Origin: Schmidtea nova
Lineage: Eukaryota
Direction: 5' to 3'
DNA: 64,000 nt
Assembly (NCBI GenBank): GCA_044892505.1
Contig: CM097882.1
Span: 13,888,001 to 13,952,000 of the forward strand
Shown: in pieces, positions 51,283 through 62,842 of the stretch
Layout: each line of letters starts with the position of its first letter
Position numbering within the stretch: position 1 is the stretch's first letter
Made by a program: the position numbers and the translations under genes
Notes under the pieces: model-generated
What the model was told of the DNA's origin: nothing
The model's database searches: none
Seen by the model: the letters and a program-made list of their open reading frames with translations, nothing else

Positions 51283-54200
51283 ATGGAGGAGAATCAGAAA
51301 GTTACCAGTGTAAACTCGGAAGATAATTTATTAGAAGAAGAGCAGAAAATAACCAGTCCAAACGTAGAAGATAATTTACAGGAAGAAGAAAAAGAAGTAG
51401 AAACAATGAATATGCAACTACAACAGGATATCGAAGAAAAAGTAAATAAAATGATAACCGAATTATCAGACGTTGAAATTGAAAGAAAGGGAAATGTATA
51501 TGAATTTTCAGTAAAAGATATGGAGGGAGAAGAAAAGAAGAAGTTTGTGGAGAAATATAACCGAAAAAGAAGAGAAAGAAGAAGCAATGATGATACATGT
51601 AGCATGGACGAGAAAAGGGATGAATCTATGACAATCAAATTAGAAGAAGTGGCACAAAGATTGTTAACCATTACCATAGAAGAAATGACGAAAATGAATC
51701 AAAAGTCGGAAGAAAAGAGGAAATCAGCGAAGCTCGAAAGAATAAAACAAACAGAGACGTCAAAGACCGAACGATTAATCAGTAACCTAAGCAAGAGTGC
51801 AGGAAATCAATGTGAAACAACAACTGAATTACTAAAATGGGTTATAAAAAATAGTGCAAATATATCAAACATGAGATTGATAGTGAGAGAAATCGAGAAA
51901 TGCAGAGTTTATGCCCTTGGTATTCAACACAATTTGATGACATCATGAGAAAATGGAAACAACTAGAACAAACAAACGATGATCCACAGATGTGTAAATT
52001 AAAAGTTCAGTTTCCGAGTCTAGAAAAAATAAAGATGAATGTATCATTAACAACAAAGATCAAAGAGATAAAAGAGAGATTACCATTTAACTTACCATTT
52101 CACTTAAAATATGATGGAGAATCGCTGGATGATGATATAGAAATCGGTGTAACCCCGATACAAATCGAAACAAGTAATAAATTAACTGTTGATAAAATTT
52201 CAGGAAGCGAGTTGACCAGAAAAGCAAGAGGTGAAGATAATCCCGAAACAACGATAATTGCAATGATGAAAACTCCAGCTGGTCCAACACTTACAATTAA
52301 CATCGAAGTTAATGGCGTAAAAGTAGACGCAATGATAGATACTGGCGCAAATATATCAGCAATAGATATCGATATGATACCAGAAATGTTACGGTTATGC
52401 ATCGAGAAAACATCAGTAGACGTAATAACATGCAGCAAAGAATCTGTGAACATCGGTGGAAAAATATGGACGGACATCGAATATAAAAATGTAAAAATAT
52501 CAACTTATTTGACGGTAATAAAACAACTGGGTGCCTCATGCATTATTGGAACAGACTTAATACCAAAATTGTTAAAAGGATCTGTAATCAATTTGAATAC
52601 GATGAAGTTGAAACACCAAATTGAAGAAAATTGCACACGAGAAACAATAATAGAACAATCAAGTCAAGAAATGACCAGAAAAGGACAAGTATGTATGTTT
52701 CGAGAGAATACAAATGACGATTGGCTACATCGTATATTAACTACGAGCAGAAAAGTAAATCAGCCAACAACAATATTTGAACAACCTAAGATAGTTGACG
52801 ATGTAAAAATGGAGCACCGCAAAAAGATGGAATTGATCATTGAAATTACCAAAGAAATCATGCCAGAATGGTCAAAAAGTAAAGATCTATTCGAAATATT
52901 AGGAGGAGTAAGCCTAATGGTTGAGGAATATGCCAAAGGAAATGAAACGACAGAAGCGATGAATACCATAAAAGAAAGATTACCAATATTATTTACAATT
53001 GCCAGTTTTAAAGATGAGATACCATTGTACCACGCAATAAAAAGTGGGAATGAACAGAGAATGTTTGAAATCTTAAACTCATGGAAAAGTGCAAGCAACA
53101 TACCAACACGAAAAACTGGAAAGATCAAACACCCTTGATGATAGCAATTGAAAAAGGAGGATCCAGGAAACTCATAGCAGAACTGATGAGAACCGGATCA
53201 AGTTTTAAAGAAAGAGATGATAAAAATGAAACGGTGTTATCATATGCAGTGCAAGCAAATAACCATCAAATAATCAAATATATTATGTCAAATGCGACAG
53301 AAGAAGATATTGAAGTGCTCAGTTCAGATCCAAATCCATTAGTAAATGCAGTGAACAAAGATGCCGACGAAACAACAGCAAAAATGATTAAATGGTTACA
53401 TCCAGTTACGCATGAAGGAGTGATAAATGTCAATGACAGATTTGAAGATGGTGAAAATATAATCATGAAAAGAGCCATGAAAAGAAAATGGAAAATGTAT
53501 AAAACGATTAAAGCATTGCTGCAAAGACCTGATTTTAGATTCACGAACAACAAAAAAGAAAAAGAAAGAATTGGATCTAAAAGACATGAATTATATCAGC
53601 GAGTCATCATATGGAAAGAAAATATAAAAGAAAGCAGAATTCAACGAATCTGGAACAATGCTAAAGATGAAATAACCAAGAGAGCAAATATAAAAGCCGA
53701 TGCAAATGAAATAGCTAAAAGATATGAGGAAATAATAAAATTAATAAATGTCGAGGACGACATTTTAAATAGAGCCGAGGATGGTTCTGATGATCACAAT
53801 AAGCCTGACGATGAAGATGAAGAAAATGATAACAACAAAACAAAGAAAGATGACAATGAAAGTATCAACAGAAACAATGACAAAGATGAGAAAGACGATG
53901 GAAAAAGCAATAACGATGAAAAGGGAACGAAAGTGATGAACATAGCCAAGAAACTTCAAATTATGAAAAACGAACAGCATGTCTACATAAAACTCGAATT
54001 AAAGACATAATATTGCTGATAATGATGCTGTCAGCATTGAAAGGAACGGAAGCTGATGATAAAAGAAAACCAGTACAAGTATTATTACAAGGAGCAGATA
54101 ATGAAGAAGCATGTTGGAGTAGCATCAAATTGCAAAGTAAAGGAGATAATCCAGTCAAATGCCAACGAGCAGAAGGAGGAGAAATCCAAATAAATGGATT

Positions 54201-54390
54201 GAAGCGGGATGCAAAATACAAAATCTGTGTTTACAAAAAGAAAGCATCACAAGAAATGTTTAGAACACTCGTATGTCAGACAGTAGCACATAATGGTTTA
54301 AAAGTCATCCAAGAAAACATAAAAGTCATAGTAACCGACGAGCCAGATGAGAACATCAGAGTGTCGTCGAAACGCAAGTTGTCAGAGTAA
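51283..54390 (+). pseudogene. Element B polyprotein: helical/Gag-like region, ubiquitin-like, retropepsin, ankyrin repeats, acidic linker, signal, FN3-like; three single-base frameshifts
   Basis: VSLTTKIKEIKERL..LKYDGESLDDD (Ubl); AMIDTGANISAI; PLYHAI, QTPLMIAIEKG, TVLSYAV (Ank); IILLIMMLSALKGTEA; INGLKRDAKYKICV (FN3). Confidence 0.8.
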
Positions 54391-54542
54391 CCAGTGGAAG
54401 GAACAGTGTATATAGTGTATAAAATTATATCGTATTATAAAAGTAGAATATTTTTGTGTATAATAAAAATTTAAAAATCCAACAAATGAATACCTAAAAA
54501 CTGGGAAAAACAAATGATAATATTGTGTAATTATTGACAGAA

Positions 54543-55178
54543 ATGAATCCGAACAACGAGAATCAAAGTTATCAAACATCAGTTCCAACGATCAATGAAA
54601 CATCAAATCAAACTCAGTTTCCAGAAGATACCAATATACGAGAAAGAGAAGGGTCACTGCAAACCCCAGTAATCGAAAATGAAACGCAAAATCCAACAAT
54701 TGACGATAGAAACCTGATATACCAAGTCGAAATTCCACTATTTGATGAAACCATGAACCCAATTCAAACGACATTCGTATTAAATCAACAACCAACAAAT
54801 AGCCAGACTCAATCAATATCAGCTCCGATGGTTTATCAGCAGACAATGACGCAAGAGTTATCATGGAAAACGCAATGTGAATTATTAAGCAGGATGTTGA
54901 ATCAAGCCTATGCACAATGGAAAAACGAACAAGCTTTGTTAACAGAAAGTGTAAACAGAAATTTATTATATCTTGCTAAAATGGAAGAACAACAACAAAT
55001 GATAATCCAAAAAGATCAGAGAATTGAATGGTTAACAAGACATACAGAGTGGCAAACAAACGAAATTAGAAGATTGAATGAGACGCGAGAAGAAGTTAGA
55101 GCATGGTATAACTGGTTAGACAATTTTCCAGAACCGGTTCGAGAACCTGACTCGACGGGAAGGGATGAACTATTATAA
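54543..55178 (+). CDS. Accessory ORF, Q/T-rich N-terminus + coiled coil
   Basis: Intact ~211-aa ORF after a CAG acceptor. Confidence 0.7.
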   Translation: MNPNNENQSYQTSVPTINETSNQTQFPEDTNIREREGSLQTPVIENETQNPTIDDRNLIYQVEIPLFDETMNPIQTTFVLNQQPTNSQTQSISAPMVYQQTMTQELSWKTQCELLSRMLNQAYAQWKNEQALLTESVNRNLLYLAKMEEQQQMIIQKDQRIEWLTRHTEWQTNEIRRLNETREEVRAWYNWLDNFPEPVREPDSTGRDELL

Positions 55179-55277
55179 AAATTTAAAACCAGTGTAAATA
55201 AAATGTAAAAATGTGAATATGAATAAAAACTTGGTATAAAAAAAAACAAAACGAAAAAAATTGTAAATTATTTTAGA

Positions 55278-56681
55278 ATGCAGACCGAGAATCAGCATAA
55301 ACAAGAAGAATTGATCGAACTATATCAGATACTACAGAGACAACGGATAGAACCAACAGAATTTCAAGAAAGATTTAAATGTAAAGTATGTAGAAATTTA
55401 TTGATAGAACCCAGACAAACTGAATGTGGATGTCGAATATGCACTAATTGCGTGATGAAAATAATACGAACTAAACAGAAGCTATGTCCTGAATGTGGTG
55501 AAGCAATAATAGATCAATTTGACCAAACCAGACCAGATATCGCAATGAATCGGGAAATAATGAACGCAGCAACAACCTGTCCAAATAAACCATGTGTATG
55601 GAGTGGGCCAATAAAATGGATCGCCAAACACCTTTATAATTGTGATGATACGAAAGCCAAATGTAAGTGGTGTGAGGAAGAAATGTTGAAGAAAATCAAA
55701 GACAGTCATGAGGAAATGTGTGAACAACGACAGGAAATCTGTGAGTTTTGCAACGAAACAGACGCTTGGATAGTGTTAAAAGATGAGCATTGGAATATAG
55801 AAGAAGGGCAAGTATGTGACGAGTATGAAGGTAATTGTAATCAATGTGGAATGGCAGAAAACGTGAAGCTAAAAGAACATTGGGAAATATGCGAAAAGAA
55901 GCCTACTGCATGTCCACTAAAATTATTCAATTGTAAAGTGAGATTACCAAAAGAGGAAATACAAAAGCATGTAGACGAAAATAGTGTAAATCATTTGAGA
56001 ACCGTTGTGGAAGCTATTGGAGCAACCGCACTGGTAATTGGAGAAGCCAACACAGAAATAAAATCACACAAGATCATGATACAAGAGATGTTGGATACGA
56101 GAGGAAATTTTGAAAGAATAAGAGAACAAATGATCCAAAAAATGAAACTATTAGACCAGAAAATAGCAGAAATATCAACAATCCAACAAAGATTGGAAAG
56201 CATATTGCCAACAATGGAAGAACTACCCGTCACACCCTACTATTGGAAAATCACAGAATTTACAGAGAAATTGAGACTAGCAAGAGAAGGAGGTCAACGT
56301 GTATGGACAAGTCCACCTTGTCACAGTTGGAAACATGGGTACAAGCTTAGATTCAAAGTATATCTAACGGGAGACGGACTAGGAGCCGGAACTCATTTAT
56401 CTGTATATTTTCAAATATGTAAAGGAGATTATGACGATTGGTTAGAATAGCCCTACGATTGCGATATAACTATGATGATCGGAACAAAGGAAAACAACGT
56501 TCGGGAAGTATTCAGACCAAACTTGAGGAAGGTAGAAGCAGCTTATAGGAAGCCGATCGAAAACTACAACGTAGCTGTAGGAAATCCACGTTTTATTGCC
56601 TTACATCTATTAACCATAGAACAATCATTGTATTTGGTAAATAATATCCTGTATCTGATTATCGAAGTAAGGAAGCCGTAG
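55278..56681 (+). pseudogene. TRAF: TRAF-family protein (RING, zinc fingers, coiled coil, MATH); TAG at 56448
   Basis: CKVCRNLL...CGCRICTNC...CPEC; WKITEFT...SPP...GYKL...YLTGDGLGAGTHLSVYF...GDYDDWLE*P; continues in frame to YLIIEV. Confidence 0.92.
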
Positions 56682-56908
56682 TGAAGATGGAAAAAGTGTA
56701 AATATGTCTGTATTATAATGAAGTATCTGTATCATAATGTACAAAATAAAATTAGAAAATCACAAAAAACATAAAAATTAAAAAGAAATATAAAAATGAG
56801 AAAAACCAAAAAAAAAAAAAAAAAAAATCAAATATAAAAATCAAAATTTTGTAAATATAGAAAACAAAAAATTGTGAAAAATATAATGGAGAAAATATTG
56901 TAGATACA

Positions 56909-58078
56909 ATGACTGGAAGGAAGATCGTGAAAATACGAGAAGATGACAGATCATTCAAGAGTTTATGCGAATTAATGAAAAGAGATAAAGAAAGGATGTC
57001 AAAACCAATTTCTTCAGAAATAATTTATTGTCAATTTACACGAACAATGCCGAATGTTCCTAAGGAAAGGAGTTATGGAAAATTCAAAATTATCGATGAA
57101 ACGTTGAAAAACGAGAACCGAAGATATATAACCTTTTTACAACAAGACAATTTCTATGAAAAGCAATACAGAAAATTCGCCAAAGAGGGTTTGTATTTTG
57201 CAGGGACAATTGAGAAACCCGATAAAGTAATCTGTGTATTTTGCAGAATTGAAATAGAACCTTGGAGAATTAACGATGATCCACTAACAGAGCATAGAAA
57301 ACTTTCACCCACATGCCAGTTTGTGTTAAAGGCATGCGAAAAACCAAGAAAACCAGCAACAATGAACAATGACGAAGAAGATAAACCCAAAATAGTAACG
57401 ATAACTTCGACAGGCCCAGCAAAGATACGATTCATAGAAGTTGACCCAAAATATACGATTAATGGGAGAACTAACACTTTTGTAGATAAAAAGATGGGTA
57501 TCAGATTAGCAACAGAAGGTTTTTATGCAATAAATGAATCAACCACTGAATGTTCAGAGTGTTGAATACAATATCAATTACCAAAAGAAGAAGGAAAATA
57601 CCTGAAACACAACGAATATTGTAAATATGGAGAAGAATTATATGAAGACGAAGAACCGATCAATTATAAAAACCCAGAGATGCCTGTTAATGAATTATTA
57701 GTAGAAAAGATATTAGATGAACCACGAACTCAAAAGGCAATGAAACGCACCGGCAAAAGCGAAATATTTATGAAAGAAGTCATCAGAGAGAGATTGAGAA
57801 GAAATGGAGAAACATTTGGATCAACCCTAGAATTCTTTAAAGCTATAATACAGTTCACCAGAAAATCCCAAGTTGTCAACCCAGAATCATGTATCAAGAA
57901 AGTTATATTAAATAAACACCCCTGTTCAATCTGTTGGATAAAGAAAGTGGAAGTTATTCACTTACCATGTGGACATTTGTTAGCATGTGAAAATTGTAGC
58001 AATAAATTGAGATTGTGCTCAATGTGCAGGAAACCGGTCGACAAACGGATCAAGGGATTCCGTTATGCCGATCAATAA
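56909..58078 (+). pseudogene. IAP: Inhibitor of apoptosis: BIR-BIR-UBA-like-RING; TGA at 57563 in BIR2
   Basis: FAKEGLYF...VICVFC...W...DDPLTEHRKLSPTCQF; LATEGFY...CSEC*...H...C; CSICW...LPCGHLLACENC...CSMCR. Both parts share a frame. Confidence 0.93.
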
Positions 58079-58212
58079 TCCAATCAAACAACTTTGTAAA
58101 TAAATTGTAAAGATTTTAATTTCAATCGATGTATACAAGTATTATTTTATAAGCATGAGCAACAAAAAATGTATAAACAAAAGGAAATTACCCATGTTAT
58201 TATTATTTCAGA

Positions 58213-59760
58213 ATGAATATACAACAATTGATATGCATCCTAGATCAGGAGATGGCAAAAAGACAAGAGCAACTAAATCAAATGAGAAGCTATGAACAAA
58301 GAATGGAAGCCATCCAAGAAAACGTCAGAGTAATTGAGAAACGAACCCAAGAAATCAACCAAATAAAAGAGGAAAACGAGGAACTGCGAAAGATAATAAA
58401 CGATAAGGCGCATATCGAAGCTGAACTACAAAACTATAAACGAGAGTACAGGGAAATGGAGAGAAAACTCGAGCACGAACAACAAAAGTTAGTACCGTTG
58501 AAAAATCAAGCGAGATTAAGAAAAGATGAGCTCGAAACCTATAAAAGAGATACCGAAACAAGGTATGACAACACCATAAGATTCTACCAGCAACAACTCG
58601 AAAGTGAAAGGAACAGATATGAAGCCATGAAAAAGAAATGGGAAAAGTGTCGAGATGAAGCATTTGCCTTGAGAGGACAACCTAAAAAGAAGCTTAAAGT
58701 CAGAACAAGAAACATTGAACCTTAAAGCGAACAAGAAAAGATCATTAGAAAAGTTAAAGCAGAGGCTAGAAAATGGAAACAAGAACACCAAGATTTATTA
58801 GAAATGGCTCGACACAGAAAAATGCTACATGAAGAATTATTAAGACGGAGAGACGTTCAAATCGAAGCTCTGAAAGAGGAATGTCATTGGTATGCAGACA
58901 TACGTCATGAGGAAACGGAGAAACTCAGAAAAGAAATATTCCAGTTGAAAACGAGCGGACAGTTCAGAGAAAGAAGCATAAGGCATCAAATAAAGTGGCT
59001 AAAAGAACAAACCAGAACATGGAAAAAGACCTGGAAAAGAACTCGAGACGAACTACGAGAATTCCCAAAGAAGCTGATGTCAATAAATGAAGCAGAATTG
59101 TGGGAAAATGCAGAAAAGCAAGAGATAGAAAACAAAGAATTAAGAAGGCAAGTTCAATTAAAAACTGAATGGAATCAAAGGAGAATGAAATTTACCAGGA
59201 ATCAAGAAGCTCGTATCAAATATCTGGAATTTGAAAACAGGCAATATGATCAACAGAAGAATATGGATGATAGAAGTATTGAAGAACTGACAATCGAATT
59301 GACTATTGCAAACCGTGAAGTCAACGGATATCGAGGTACAAATACTCATAAAGAGATTGTCATTCAACACCAGCGACGGCAGATAGAAGAGACAAAGGCC
59401 GAATGTGAAAAAGCGATCCAGCAATCCCAAAAGGAAATCGAAATGGCTATCCAAAGTTTGGAAGAAAACCGCCAAAACTATGAAAGAGAAATTGAAAGGC
59501 TGAAAAATATGGAAAATACGAGAGAGCTCGAGATAGAAAAAGAACAGCTGAGTGAAGAACTCGATTATATGACATATTTGCTAGATGAAGAGATAGAAAT
59601 CTCAAGAACCTTGCGAGAAAGAGTTCAGAGCCTACAAAATCAACCTCCAATCATTCTATGGCCACTATATCCAACACCAATACAACCTGTACATTTGGAG
59701 CAAGAAAATCCTCAAATCGAAGATGAAGGGTTCGGAGAAATTGAAGAGACGTTTGTATGA
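58213..59760 (+). pseudogene. ~515-aa coiled-coil accessory ORF with one in-frame TAA (58723)
   Basis: Two same-frame ORFs with an open linker; heptad-rich E/K/Q/R composition. Confidence 0.75.
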
Positions 59761-60024
59761 GTAATAAAAGTGAATGTAAAGTGTAAAAAGAAATTGAAAT
59801 GTAGTGTAAAAAGAAAACGTTGTAAAGAAATGTAAAAAGAAAAAGTTGTAAAATATATCCAAAAAATTAAATAAAAAGCAGAAAAAATAAAAAATTCAAT
59901 AAAAATTAGAAAAAATGAAAAACAAATAAAAATTAGAAAATGATAAAAATGATAAAAATGATAAAAACAAAAACAAAATTAATAAAACTATAGAAAAGAG
60001 TTATGATTATTCAAATTATAGAAA

Positions 60025-60600
60025 ATGAGACTATTGAAGCAAAGATCAGAACCAGAACAACAGACGATATCAAAAGAAAGATTCAAAAAATGGAAGAGAG
60101 CAACAGAGCAATATTATCAAGACCAAATAGATCAATTGAAGGAAGTAATGAGCAAAGATAGAAAATATATCGCACAAATGGAACAAAAGTGTGAGACGAT
60201 GGAAATAATCAAGAGAGAAAATTATCTATTTCGCCAACAAAATGGTCTTACTCAAAAATATTGCGACAGACAGAAGCAAGAGATTGACAGACTCAAAAGG
60301 GAAATAAGCAGAGAACAGAACACTGATAATAAAAGGAGAATTAAGATCGAGTCATTACAACGATCCTTGAAGAGCAAACAGAAAAAGATTATCAAAAGAG
60401 AAAAACAGATAATAAAATTGAAAAGTGAAATCATCGAAGCAAAATTTGATACGTTCAAAGCAAAGAAAGCTGTAGAAATTAAAACGGCAGAAAATTACGT
60501 CCTCAAAGAGCAAAGGCGAAAAGAAGCAGACGAGATTGTAAAAATGGGTAACTGGAAGCCAGAAAGTCCGGTAAAGCAAAATGAAGAGATGAAAGAATAA
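60025..60600 (+). CDS. Basic coiled-coil accessory ORF (191 aa)
   Basis: Intact ORF after a TAG acceptor. Confidence 0.7.
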   Translation: MRLLKQRSEPEQQTISKERFKKWKRATEQYYQDQIDQLKEVMSKDRKYIAQMEQKCETMEIIKRENYLFRQQNGLTQKYCDRQKQEIDRLKREISREQNTDNKRRIKIESLQRSLKSKQKKIIKREKQIIKLKSEIIEAKFDTFKAKKAVEIKTAENYVLKEQRRKEADEIVKMGNWKPESPVKQNEEMKE

Positions 60601-60696
60601 AAATATATCTAAACTCATGTAAATATCCCTGTAAAAATAAAAAAGAGAAAATTTGAAAAATCATTAAACAAATTTGAATCTATAAATCTATAGAAA

Positions 60697-61521
60697 ATGA
60701 GCAATCTAATGAGGATCGTAGAAATCATCATGATATTTATAATTACAAACTGCCGAAGCGAAGAAGCATTGAGTCAATGTCAAGCAAGCCATCCATTTAG
60801 AAGATCCGATAGCATTTGTGTAAGCTATCAAAAAATTTGTCGCACCAGAAATGAGGAGTGTCAGCAAATCCATCTACAATGTCAACAATGTCCCCAATCC
60901 AGAGAAGATTCAATCACCATCCTTAAACAATTGAGAAATGAAACTCAACAATTAATCCAACTACAAATCTCTTTAACCAAAAGGAACAATCTTCAACTAA
61001 AGAAACAGCTAGAAAACCAATCATCTTTCAAACAGTTGACAACCGAACTGAAGAAATTGAGCAAGTTAATAGAAAAATCTGTAAATAATAAAGAGGAAGT
61101 TAACGAGGAAAGATCAAGTTTTACCGAAGAGTTAAATCAAAAACTGAAAACTCAACTTCATCAGACCGAGAGAATTATAAAACAATTGATATCATCCGAA
61201 AAGCAGAAAGAGATTATCCCTAAGCAAGGATCAACCAACGAAGACGTCAGAGACCGAGAAGCAGCCATCACAGTCATTCTACAAGGCATCAGTCTTTTCG
61301 CAGTCATAATGATCCTTAGCATTGTTGCATCAATCGGATTAGAGAAAATAAAATTAGAGAAAGCGAAAATCCAGTCAAATACAATCAAACGAATCACCCA
61401 TGAAGACAACAACCCGTCAGAAAATTTTCTAAGATCAATATTTGAAGATCCAGTTCCAGAACAGCCTAATCCTAAGACATCTACAACCTCGGTGCAGATG
61501 AATTACTTTTATAAACAATAA
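60697..61521 (+). CDS. Type I membrane protein: signal, Cys-rich segment, coiled coil, TM
   Basis: MSNLMRIVEIIMIFIITNCRS; six Cys; TM ITVILQGISLFAVIMILSIVASIGL. Confidence 0.75.
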   Translation: MSNLMRIVEIIMIFIITNCRSEEALSQCQASHPFRRSDSICVSYQKICRTRNEECQQIHLQCQQCPQSREDSITILKQLRNETQQLIQLQISLTKRNNLQLKKQLENQSSFKQLTTELKKLSKLIEKSVNNKEEVNEERSSFTEELNQKLKTQLHQTERIIKQLISSEKQKEIIPKQGSTNEDVRDREAAITVILQGISLFAVIMILSIVASIGLEKIKLEKAKIQSNTIKRITHEDNNPSENFLRSIFEDPVPEQPNPKTSTTSVQMNYFYKQ

Positions 61522-61721
61522 TATGATCTTATTCCTCATTTGACAATTCATGTATTCATCTATTCTATTAATTTTTTTTTGTTGTATTTTCATCTTGAAC
61601 AATATTTCATTATCATTAAATCATAATCCTGTGTAAAAATCGTAACGCCCTTGTAAATAGAAAAAATTATTGTCTATCGTCATTATTCAATTTCTTTCTA
61701 TTAGAAACACAAAAATCAACA

Positions 61722-62525
61722 ATGAAATCGTACCGAAAAGTTGTCCTAATCGCCATGATCACAACAATTTATTGTCATCTCGAAGAAACCCAGAAATCAA
61801 GCCAATTAAACCCAAATCAACAATGTAATAAAGAACCATTTGAAATCTCTTACAACAAACAACTATCCGAAAAGATCGAGCAAGTCAAAATCGAAATTCA
61901 AAATACCCTCTTCAATCAAAATGATGAAATTTCAGATCTAAAGAGAATTGCAAGGATAAAATGAGCCGACTTAGCGATCAGAGATATATATGAGGATATT
62001 TTTGATAGTGATCGAGAAACCCGTGACGCAATAAAAAGTCTCACCAAAGAACTTAAAATGAATATAAACAAGTTAATCGATCAGCTAACGAAAAATTCAT
62101 CAAGTCCGAAATGCCTGAAACAAATCCAGCAAATTCATCATAACGTGTCCCAGCAGATTTCCGAAGTAGGAAACCAAACGGCACAACAACTGAGAAAGGC
62201 TTATTACGAAAACCTGGCATTTATGAATAAAATCCACGATCACATAAACGAGATATCGAAACCAGATAACAATCAAGACAGAGACAAGTGCAGAATATCC
62301 CTCCTATCATCCGAACGAATTCTCGATATCTGCCTGATCATCCTTAACTTTTTCCTAATAATCGGAATTTGTGGTATAATGTGGTTAGGCTTGACCGCCA
62401 CAAGAATGATGAATAACATGATCTCCGAACGATCCAGAAGAGAAGATGACAAGAAGCAGTTGATCAATACCGAGTCATTCAAACTATTCCAGTCGAAGAT
62501 CCAACCAATCCAATCCAAAGGTTAA
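61722..62525 (+). pseudogene. Second type I membrane coiled-coil protein; in-frame TGA at 61962
   Basis: Signal KVVLIAMITTIYC; same frame across the stop; TM ICLIILNFFLIIGICGIMWLGL. Confidence 0.7.
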
Positions 62526-62842
62526 TTCAACAAACTTAATAAACTTGATAAAACTTTCATCCGAGTCGTTGTAGACTCATATCGAACTTTGATTAGCCGC
62601 TGTAGGCACATATATTACACTATATTTAATTTTGCTTGCGAGTCGATGTAGACTCATATTAATGTATACGTATTAACTTTTTATTAAATTTTATCACTTT
62701 TTATTTTTATTGTCGCGAATGGCATGATCACGACCAAGTAGCTCGTGTATAATGTACAACCTTTTGACCTTTGATTAGTCTTGATTCTTAACCCCTCTGA
62801 GAAATTGCGGGACGCAATTTTTGCGGGCCCCCGAGTATTTTA

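Noticed and set aside
48932-61964. Selenocysteine or stop-readthrough explanation for the internal stops
   Set aside because: The stops are mixed TGA/TAG/TAA, including at a conserved Trp; ordinary nonsense changes are simpler.
874-62518. Many hydrophobic minus-strand ORFs opposite the long + strand ORFs
   Set aside because: Antisense shadows of A-rich coding strands; no motifs.
62780-62842. Polypurine tract before the 3' LTR
   Set aside because: No purine run present, only a short hairpin (AAATTGCG GGA CGCAATTT); left as a caveat on the LTR model.
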